64,000 bases of DNA from a virus (taxonomy: Duplodnaviria; Caudoviricetes), in the IMG/VR virus record IMGVR_UViG_2751185632_000005, positions 1 through 64,000 of that record; one strand, 5' to 3'. This document shows, one piece after another, positions 57,409 to 64,000 of the stretch (within the stretch, counting starts at the first letter, position 1; the number at the start of each line of letters is the position of its first letter). The translations under genes and the position numbers were made by a program. Under the pieces are notes generated by a model, which saw only the letters and a list, made by a program, of their open reading frames with translations, did not search any database and had not been told where the DNA came from.

Positions 57409-57705
57409 TTACCGCTCCGCCTTGGCGATCGCCGCGCGAATGCCGGCGACGGTATTGCTCCATGGATGATGATCGTGGTCGATCGGCAAGCCGTAGGCTG
57501 CGCCGCCGGTCATGTTCTCGATGTCGACCAGCACCGACTTCAGTGCGGCCAGCATCTCGTCATGGCAGTTCGCCGCATGAACGAGCGGGGCGACGTGATC
57601 CATGGAGACGCACGTGGCGAGATCAACGCCGAAGCTGTTGACGATGACATCCTGCCTGCGAATGCTGCGGCCAAGCGGCAAGTGGAGGTGATCGGCGATA
57701 CGCAT
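57409..57705 (-). CDS. Hypothetical protein, C-terminal AIAKAE module
   Basis: DEMLAAL..IRAAIAKAER. Confidence 0.55.
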   Translation of the reverse strand: MRIADHLHLPLGRSIRRQDVIVNSFGVDLATCVSMDHVAPLVHAANCHDEMLAALKSVLVDIENMTGGAAYGLPIDHDHHPWSNTVAGIRAAIAKAER

Positions 57706-57707
57706 GA

Positions 57708-58043
57708 TTACCGGCCCTCCGCTTTGGCGATGATGGCGCGAATGCTGACGATCGCCGCCGCTGCGAGACCGTGTTCCAGCGGGTTGTTGTTTGGCTCGCC
57801 AAATGCGGTGACGAGCACGCCTATCGCCAATTCGAGGACAGCCAGCATCTCCGGCGAAGCGGCGATCAGATGAGTGTTGGCTTCGCATTCCCGCTCCGTG
57901 CGGCCGCAGACGATCGCGACCACGGTCCCGTCATCACCCCCAACGATGTTGCAGCGGTAGCCCCCGCCAACAGGCACGATGTTGAGATGCTTCGTGGTGA
58001 TCCGAGCCGGAAACCAGAGCGCGGGCGTATGTTGAGTGGTCAT
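57708..58043 (-). CDS. Hypothetical protein (HTP..W / AN..LIAA.PE.L / AIAKAE phage family)
   Basis: QHTPALW, ANTHLIAASPEML, IIAKAEGR. Confidence 0.7.
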   Translation of the reverse strand: MTTQHTPALWFPARITTKHLNIVPVGGGYRCNIVGGDDGTVVAIVCGRTERECEANTHLIAASPEMLAVLELAIGVLVTAFGEPNNNPLEHGLAAAAIVSIRAIIAKAEGR

Positions 58044-58046
58044 GGT

Positions 58047-58415
58047 TCATTCCTCCGGGCTGGCGGTGATGGAGAAGTCCCCGTAGAACTTGCCCTGCCA
58101 CGGGAAACAGCCATCGACGGGCTCGATGCTGTGCTCCACCCACGTCAGGCCGGTGCTGACGTCGTAGTCGCCGGTGGCGTTGCAATAGCCAGCGCTGACC
58201 CAGCTCTGGTAGACGTCGGGAAAGGCAGCCTTGAACGCCTCCCTCTCCATGGCAAACTTGATGTCGCCCATGTAGGTGATCTGCACGTAGCGGAATGGGC
58301 CGATCACGGGGCCGCGATAGCCCCAGCCGTCCATGTCCTCGGTGGCGGTATCTCGGCCGTGGAACAGGCTGATGTAGACGGCGCCCGTCTCGGGGCGGCT
58401 CATGGGAAGCGACAT
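58047..58415 (-). CDS. Hypothetical protein
   Basis: YISLFHGR..MDGWG..GP.IGP; leader motif. Confidence 0.65.
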   Translation of the reverse strand: MSLPMSRPETGAVYISLFHGRDTATEDMDGWGYRGPVIGPFRYVQITYMGDIKFAMEREAFKAAFPDVYQSWVSAGYCNATGDYDVSTGLTWVEHSIEPVDGCFPWQGKFYGDFSITASPEE

Positions 58416-58524
58416 AGGCGGTCTCCTTGAGTGCATGATTGCGGGGGAGCCCGGCCACCGGGAGGGTGGCGGCCGGGCTGGTGGCGATGGCACGGGTACG
58501 CAAAGAACAGTCGCCATCGCCGAG

Positions 58525-58788
58525 TTAGCGTCTCGGGGAACCGTAGGTCTCTCGGAGGTACCTGGCGGGGTTGATCCAGCGATCGACGGGGGGAATGTCC
58601 TCGTGTTCAGCGAGGGCCTCTACCCAATCCTTGGCGCGCTGGACGGAGATTTCCGCGCCGGCGATGTTTCCGAAAGACCATATGAACAGGCCGCGAGGGT
58701 CGGGCGTGTCGCGCACCGCGGCGTCCTTGCGCCCGGAAAGGCCAATCCATTTGCGGTTGATGCGCGACCACATGTGCGGTGTCATCAC
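58525..58788 (-). CDS. Hypothetical protein
   Basis: Coupled to upstream gene. Confidence 0.5.
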   Translation of the reverse strand: MMTPHMWSRINRKWIGLSGRKDAAVRDTPDPRGLFIWSFGNIAGAEISVQRAKDWVEALAEHEDIPPVDRWINPARYLRETYGSPRR

Positions 58789-59138
58789 CGCGCGAATTCA
58801 TCACGCATGCCGGCGAGCAGCGCCGGGCCGTAGCAGGACTCGAGGTTGCCGTCGGTGGGGGCGTTCTGGGCACGCCAGCATTCCGCCGTGATGCCTTTCG
58901 GGACAGGGATGCAGGCCGTGAAGCCGCCGTAGGTGTTGGCGAGGCGAGATGCCTGGATGCAAGCGCGTTCGGGCATGCCGGTCGCAATGATCGCGGCGGC
59001 GTTGTCCATCGATAGCTTGGCAACCTCGAAGTACTCGTCCTCGTAGATGGTGGCGAGGGTGAATGTCTCGGCGCGGACCGGCGCCGTGGCGGCGAGCGCG
59101 AGAAGGGCGGCAGAAGCCGCAAGCGCAGAAAGGCGCAT
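58785..59138 (-). CDS. Exported Cys-containing hypothetical protein
   Basis: Signal peptide ending VRA; ACIQA..FTAC. Confidence 0.65.
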   Translation of the reverse strand: MRLSALAASAALLALAATAPVRAETFTLATIYEDEYFEVAKLSMDNAAAIIATGMPERACIQASRLANTYGGFTACIPVPKGITAECWRAQNAPTDGNLESCYGPALLAGMRDEFAR

Positions 59139-59188
59139 GGATGGTCTCCGTGAGTGCATGATTGCAGGTGGATTCGCCGTGAGGCTTC

Positions 59189-59217
59189 TTGACTCCAAGC
59201 CTATTCGGCGTGACGAT
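59189..59217 (+). promoter_or_regulatory. Putative sigma70 promoter of mini-CRISPR unit
   Basis: TTGACT-N17-GACGAT ending 13 nt before repeat 1. Confidence 0.55.
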
Positions 59218-59230
59218 TGCCTTGGCGTCG

Positions 59231-59320
59231 GCCTCCCCCGCCAACGCGGGGATGGCCCTTGCTAGCGTCCTTATCGAACGCGAGCATATTGGGTTTCCCC
59301 GCCAACGCGGGGTTCCAAGG
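59231..59320 (+). CRISPR. Type I-E-like mini-array (repeat, 32-nt spacer, degenerate repeat); no cas genes in window
   Basis: R1 GCCTCCCCCGCCAACGCGGGGATGGCCCT and R2 GGTTTCCCCGCCAACGCGGGGTTCCAAGG share an exact 16-bp palindromic core, 61-nt period. Confidence 0.65.
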
Positions 59321-59350
59321 GACTGTCGGAGCAGTAACTCCGGGCCGGCG

Positions 59351-59530
59351 TCATCTCCCCACTTTATGGTCCGGGTCGTTGACCATCTCGATCCGATAAT
59401 GGTCGCCGTTGTAGCCGACCCAGCACATTTCGACAGGGCGCTGGAACTGCACGGGGAAAAGGCGCCGGAAAACGCCCCACAGGGATGACGGGGCTTCTTG
59501 TCCGGTTGTCTCGTTGACAATGCGGGCCAT
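59351..59530 (-). CDS. Small hypothetical protein
   Basis: AAAGGA RBS. Confidence 0.5.
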   Translation of the reverse strand: MARIVNETTGQEAPSSLWGVFRRLFPVQFQRPVEMCWVGYNGDHYRIEMVNDPDHKVGR

Positions 59531-59605
59531 GGTTTTTCCTTTCTTGTTGCTGTCGAGCATTGGCGCTCGGGGTCGCCGGCCTGTTACGGTCGGCGGGCCG
59601 GGGCG

Positions 59606-59800
59606 TCAGAACGTTCCGGCTTCGTAGGCGCCCGGAGTCTTGCTGATCAATTCGCGCCAGCCGTAGCCATCGCGCACGTACCAGCCACCGAGACGCCACC
59701 GAGGCTTTCTCCAGCGCAGGCGCTTATCCGGCATCTCGACCAGCACTTTCATGTCGCGATCCAAGGCGGGGCTAAACGGGTGTTCGTGCCTCTCCATCAT
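59606..59800 (-). CDS. Small Trp/Arg-rich hypothetical protein
   Basis: AAGGAG RBS. Confidence 0.45.
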   Translation of the reverse strand: MMERHEHPFSPALDRDMKVLVEMPDKRLRWRKPRWRLGGWYVRDGYGWRELISKTPGAYEAGTF

Positions 59801-59837
59801 CTTCTCCTTAGCGGCGCGTCGGACGGCTTGACGCGGG

Positions 59838-60107
59838 TTACAGGCTAGCTGCCTCGTAGATTGGCGGACAACCGAACGGATCGGCGTGGAAAGCGTCGCG
59901 GTCGTAGGCGCGAACGGAAACGACTTCACTGTGACCGGGCGCGATTTCTTCGGCGGCGATGCGCGCGGCTCGGGCCTCGGCGATGACCTCGTCGAGGGTA
60001 TTGCCGTGCAGGATCGAGGACGTGATCAGGCGTCCGTCTGGCATCCGGGGTTCATTCCGCTTCGGGCGGACATTGATAGCGGTGCGGATCTCAAGGCGGA
60101 TGGTCAT
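59838..60107 (-). CDS. Hypothetical protein
   Basis: GAGG RBS. Confidence 0.55.
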   Translation of the reverse strand: MTIRLEIRTAINVRPKRNEPRMPDGRLITSSILHGNTLDEVIAEARAARIAAEEIAPGHSEVVSVRAYDRDAFHADPFGCPPIYEAASL

Positions 60108-60112
60108 GACCG

Positions 60113-60349
60113 TCAGGCCTCGAGATAGAGGACGCGATACCGACCGTCGTTGCCGGGGTAGCACTCGACGGCGCGCGGATCGGATAGCGCGGGCGGCCCG
60201 ATCTCGATCGAGCGAGAGGCAAGAGCGCTGTCGACGGCCGACCACGGGTCGGGATAGCCTTGGGCTGCGAAGTGACGCAGCGCCGCGCGCTGGCTGACGT
60301 AATGGTGCGTTCTGACGACATGGGAGCGAGCCCGTGCAATGGCGGACAT
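60113..60349 (-). CDS. Hypothetical protein
   Basis: GAGGA RBS and leader motif. Confidence 0.6.
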   Translation of the reverse strand: MSAIARARSHVVRTHHYVSQRAALRHFAAQGYPDPWSAVDSALASRSIEIGPPALSDPRAVECYPGNDGRYRVLYLEA

Positions 60350-60436
60350 GGTGGTTTCCTCTTGGTGCATGGATGCGGGGTCGGGTTGATTGCCCGTATA
60401 GCCGCCACCGGCGGGCGGAGGCGGCTAGGCTGGAAA

Positions 60437-60742
60437 TCACACTCTTTGGTGCCGTCCGTTGCGCGACACGAAGCCGTAGGCACGGACTTCGGCACCAAGA
60501 ACATCCTGTGCAGTGGGGGAGTTGAGCGTGTCGAGAATGGCGCACTCGCCGGTGGCGTGGGGGTTGACGGGCCATTTTATGGCGACACCATCCGTCCGGC
60601 CGAGGTCGCGTCTGAGCACACCGTCATCATCCGGCATGTGCAGGCGATAGTGCGACACGGTGCCATCCGCGCCGCGGGAGACTTCCCAAAGGAAAATGTT
60701 GGCGCCGATCTCGTCGACCGACTGGGCGAGGGTGATCGACAT
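60437..60742 (-). CDS. Hypothetical protein
   Basis: GAGAGGAG RBS. Confidence 0.55.
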   Translation of the reverse strand: MSITLAQSVDEIGANIFLWEVSRGADGTVSHYRLHMPDDDGVLRRDLGRTDGVAIKWPVNPHATGECAILDTLNSPTAQDVLGAEVRAYGFVSRNGRHQRV

Positions 60743-60744
60743 AG

Positions 60745-61002
60745 TCACTCCTCTCCCATGGTGCGGAGGACGACGCGCGATAAGGCGATCTCGGCGAACT
60801 CGTCGAGTGCAACGCAGGTCGCAAAGCCCGGCCCCTGACGGACTATCGCGGCCTGATAGCAAGCGGTCGGGTCCTCGAAATCATCGACGACGGCGATGGT
60901 CGGCGCCGCGCCGGGGATGGTGTCGACCAGCCAAAAGGCCGGGCCGTCGGCAAGCGCCGGCGACGCGCTGGCGATGAGAAGGGCGGCGATGAGCGCGCGC
61001 AT
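60745..61002 (-). CDS. Exported Cys-containing hypothetical protein
   Basis: Signal peptide ending ALA; ACYQA..FATC. Confidence 0.65.
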   Translation of the reverse strand: MRALIAALLIASASPALADGPAFWLVDTIPGAAPTIAVVDDFEDPTACYQAAIVRQGPGFATCVALDEFAEIALSRVVLRTMGEE

Positions 61003-61132
61003 GGGGTTACCTCTTTCGCATGATTGCGGGTTCGGCCGTGCGGCCGTGGAAAGGCGACGCTGGCTCGCCCTTGCATGGATGCACGGAAGCCGCCCCGGCG
61101 GACCGGAGCGGCTGGATTGCATGGGGCGGTGA

Positions 61133-61696
61133 TCAGGCGGCGAACAGGTCGGAAGCCGAGGCCTGATCGGCGACCTTCGGCGCCTTGGCGGCAGCCGGCT
61201 TGGTGGGCTTCTCCGCCTTCTTGGCCGGCGCCGGCATCTTGGCGAGGTTCAGGGCGCCCTTGACGGCCTGCAGGATGCGCGGCTCGGCGTCCTTGTTCGT
61301 GAGGGTGTCGACCACCTTCGCGAGGTAGGCGGCGACGTCGAATTCCTTTTCGGCGCGGGCGCTGGCCTTGGCCTGCTTCTCGAAGTTGGCCGGCGCGACG
61401 GCGAGCAGGCCATCAACGTCCGTCTTCTTGCCCTTGGCGAAGGCGAACGCGCCGGTGTCCTTGTCGAAGGTAACCCGACCGAACGCGACCGACCACGACA
61501 CCAGGCCGGCGCGGTAGTTGGTCGGCGTGGCCTGATAGAGCGAGTTGAGATGCGACGGGCAAGAGTGCTGCTCGACGTGCATGAGGCACGATGCGGCGAG
61601 CTGGTGTTCACGCTCGGTGAAGCTGGCGGCAGCCTTGGCACGGCCGGCGATGGCGGACTTGAGAGCGGAACCGGTGAGGATGGCGAAAGTGGTCAT
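61133..61696 (-). CDS. Hypothetical protein, Ala/Lys-rich tail
   Basis: GGAG RBS and leader motif; strong codon bias. Confidence 0.75.
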   Translation of the reverse strand: MTTFAILTGSALKSAIAGRAKAAASFTEREHQLAASCLMHVEQHSCPSHLNSLYQATPTNYRAGLVSWSVAFGRVTFDKDTGAFAFAKGKKTDVDGLLAVAPANFEKQAKASARAEKEFDVAAYLAKVVDTLTNKDAEPRILQAVKGALNLAKMPAPAKKAEKPTKPAAAKAPKVADQASASDLFAA

Positions 61697-62024
61697 GATG
61701 AAGGTCTCCATTGGTGGCATAGTTGCCGGGGGGTAGGCCTTGAACGTCGGCCCGAAGACGCCTAGCTTGAGGGAAGCCCCGAGCCTTTCGGCCCGGAGCC
61801 CCCTTGCGCTAGAGGGGTATCGAAAGGGTCACGGTGAGGCGCACCGTGGCCCTTCTCCACTTCCAGCGAAGGGTAATCGACCATGAACGCATGGCGATTT
61901 TCCCTCTTGCTAGAGCCGCCGTGACGTGGCGGCGGATCGGGTGCTGGTGGACCGTTTAGCGGTCCGTAAGCGCACCGTGCGAGGCACCCAGCGGATGCCC
62001 CGAGGCGCTGCGCTTATCGCGCTA

Positions 62025-62156
62025 TCATCCCTTGAAGGTGTCCATCTGCCCCCAAGCGATGCAACGCGCGCCGTATTTGCTGATTATGTCCATTTCCTCG
62101 AAAGCGAGGTTCGCGAAGATCTTCCCGTCTTCAAACTTGACCCAGTAGCGCGGCAT
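62025..62156 (-). CDS. 43-aa small protein MPRYWVKFEDG... (not in ORF track)
   Basis: GAGGA RBS; translated by hand. Confidence 0.5.
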   Translation of the reverse strand: MPRYWVKFEDGKIFANLAFEEMDIISKYGARCIAWGQMDTFKG

Positions 62157-62166
62157 GATTTCATCC

Positions 62167-62289
62167 TCACATCATGTAGATGGCGATTGCTGCCCGGATG
62201 ATTTCCGAGACGGGGTTGTCGGTCGCGATGACCGCGACGAGGCCGAGACCGGCCATGTTGAAGGCGAGATAACCAAGCGGTTCGTACAT
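62167..62289 (-). CDS. 40-aa hydrophobic peptide MYEPLGYLAF... (not in ORF track)
   Basis: GGAG RBS; translated by hand. Confidence 0.45.
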   Translation of the reverse strand: MYEPLGYLAFNMAGLGLVAVIATDNPVSEIIRAAIAIYMM

Positions 62290-62810
62290 GCTTGCAGCTC
62301 CATTCCAAGGCGAGCCGGCAGGGATGCCGCAGGCTGGCGCTGGAATGCGAAAGGCGCCAAGCGTTGCCGCCCGGCGCCCTTCTGTCTGGCCTGAACCGGC
62401 CGCGTGCCGTCGGCGCTACGGTCAATCCAAGCCATCGAATTCCAACGTTGGTTTTCGATTGTCGCTTGCCCTTGCCTGTCTCGGTTGAGGGTCTAAGCGC
62501 TTGCATCTGGTGTGCCGCCACCTCCGTTCCCGCGCCTTGCGGCCTAGACCCTTGGTGATGCCGGTCCTTTATGGACTCGCCGGCATGAGACCCTTCCCTT
62601 TGCCTGCCCCTGCCGGCTTTGTCGTGCCGGCCGCTTGGCCTTGGTTGCCCTATGATCGGTTGCGAACCCCGCCCGAATCACTTCCTGCAATCCACCGACT
62701 TGACCTTTCGATCGTCGCGGCAACCACGGGCATGACTCAGCCGAAATCCACCGATTTCAAAGATCCCGGCGTTTCCGCCGCCCCGGTCCGCATCGCGTTC
62801 CGTTGGTTCT

Positions 62811-62839
62811 AATATTTGTACACAACGTACAAATCGCAA
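62811..62839 (-). promoter_or_regulatory. Leftward promoter of accessory operon with operator TTTGTAC-N5-GTACAAA
   Basis: TTGCGA-N17-AATATT overlapping the palindrome at 62815-62833. Confidence 0.6.
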
Positions 62840-63491
62840 GCGGATTTTTCGTATTCCGGCCAGAAAAATGATAACAGTCTGAAATATAATGATTTTCAAA
62901 TATCCAAATCTCATCCGTCTGGCGAACTTCGCCCTGCCTTTCATGCCTGTCTGGCAAAGCGGAATGGCAAGAAAAATCACGTAATATCAGCAATTTATGA
63001 ATAGGTCACTGGCTGATTCTCTACCTTTTTTGGGGCACGGAATTTCGTCCGATTTTGAAGCGGCACGACCGGCGGGCTTCTACATGCCGTATGAATTCTC
63101 CGCAGATAGAGCCTGTGGGCAAGGGGAGAGGTAGGCGCTTGACACGTGGCCGGCCGCGAGTCACCTCTCCCTTCAGAGGCGACACGTGCGCCAATCCTTC
63201 CCCGCTCATCACCACGCACCAGACGTCGATCGGCGACGGTTCACCCCCGCGTCTTGCCCTCGCATGACCGGTGGCAAGGCAGCTCGCACCCAACACACCC
63301 CGAAGGGGGGAGGGGGGCAAGCGCCAAGCGCAAGCGGACGCCAGGCGATGCTATCCGCCCCCATCGGCACGCGTGACGCCACCGCCCGACCAGCCCGCCC
63401 GGCACGCTGCAACGCCACATACGGCGCGATGCACTGCAACGCGGCTGAAAACTCTAATGAAACCAATAGAATGCACCCCTCCCCCTGGGGT

Positions 63492-63552
63492 GGGTCCTTC
63501 GCAGGTGCAGCATCGGCCGCGGGTCGGCGGCAGCGCAGGATTTTCGCGATTT
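63492..63552 (+). other. Lambda-like cos site (cosQ plus cosN)
   Basis: GGGTCCT, 23 nt, GGTCGGCGGCAG, CGCAGGATTTTCGCGATTT; mirrors lambda cosQ/cosN spacing and flanks. Confidence 0.7.
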
Positions 63553-63809
63553 CGAGCATTTCGATTCCAGGGTTCGGATTCGCGTTGAAAACCCGACACC
63601 GGTTCCTTGTAGGGAAGCCTCCAAACCACCGCCTTTCGGTTGTGCCGATGCGGCCTTGGTGGGCTCGAGATACGGAAAAACAGCATCCATAGATTGAATT
63701 CTGGGGAAGTGCCCGAGCCCTGGAAAGTGAGCAGCCGCAGCGCGCCGAGGTGCAGCGCGGCCCGGGCACCGAGCCGGTGGAAGGCCGGCATCAACAGCGG
63801 AGACGAACC

Positions 63810-64000
63810 TTGCGCGTCATCACGGTCTCCAAGGACGTGAAAGTGGTTTCGATCGCGCGGAGCAGCCTTGAGCGGCTGTTCGCCTCGTCCGGCCGGACGG
63901 AACTCTTCAATGGTGTCGTCGACGCTGGCCGCAAGACCAAGACGATCGTCCAGAAGGCCGTCACCAACCAGATGGCGCTGAAACCCGGCAACTATCAGGG
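63810..64000 (+). CDS. Partial first late-region gene (possibly GpZ/minor-tail-like), runs off window
   Basis: GGAG RBS, TTG start, open frame LRVITVSKD..DAGRKTKTIVQKAV; product is a guess. Confidence 0.45.
   Translation, partial: MRVITVSKDVKVVSIARSSLERLFASSGRTELFNGVVDAGRKTKTIVQKAVTNQMALKPGNYQ

Larger units (their letters stand above)
47011..61730 (-). repeat. Dispersed leader motif CCCGCAATCATGC-N4-6-GGAGACC-N3-6-ATG
   Basis: Best copies at 52490, 58420, 59143, 60355, 61007, 61703; weaker at 47011, 47702, 48602, 54234. Confidence 0.75.
21549..64000. mobile_element. Lambdoid cos prophage (left part; continues beyond window)
   Basis: int at tRNA 3' end, recombination, cI/cro, replication, cos. 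Confidence 0.93.

Noticed and set aside
59260-59291. Self-target of the mini-array spacer in this window
   Set aside because: By eye only matches of 10 nt or less (e.g. near 3593, 46600), expected by chance; a proper alignment was not possible.
59170-59381. Third CRISPR repeat at plus or minus 61 nt
   Set aside because: At 59170 there is no stem match. At about 59353 TCTCCCCAC is off-phase, lacks the 3' stem and lies in the end of a coding sequence.
63517-63522. CCGCGG (Eco29kI site) at the predicted cos nick as satellite-helper interference
   Set aside because: CCGCGG occurs many times in this GC-rich prophage, and enzyme specificity is unproven.

Overview
High-GC alphaproteobacterial (Hyphomicrobiales-like, inferred) chromosome window made mostly of two mobile elements. 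(1) 962-16368 is a ~15.4 kb capsid-less satellite-like island (tyrosine integrase, two AlpA-like HTHs, Prim-Pol/VirE primase, TerS-like, HK97-gp10-like). Its cargo is a Vsr/C5-MTase/Eco29kI-family restriction system and a DUF3800 gene. It has split the host tRNA-Thr(UGU) and carries its own complete, sequence-distinct tRNA-Thr. (2) 16.4-21.5 kb is host DNA: GNAT, peptide-type ABC transporter, class V aminotransferase, tRNA-Gly(UCC). (3) 21549 to beyond 64000 is a lambdoid prophage in tRNA-Gly: int/xis, recombination module, cI/cro switch, methyltransferase cluster, primase/DnaB, an ~18 kb leftward accessory operon, a lambda-like cos site and the start of the late region. Best candidates for new biology: a promoter-equipped, cas-less type I-E-like repeat-spacer-repeat unit (59231-59320); five divergent paralogues translationally coupled between an AAA+ ATPase and its metallopeptidase-VWA partner (49824-51502); tRNA replacement by the island; a dispersed leader motif before the accessory genes; and GTAC-N5-GTAC operators linking three promoters. 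All calls are by eye from motifs; no database searches were run. Many start codons were refined by hand from the ORF track.
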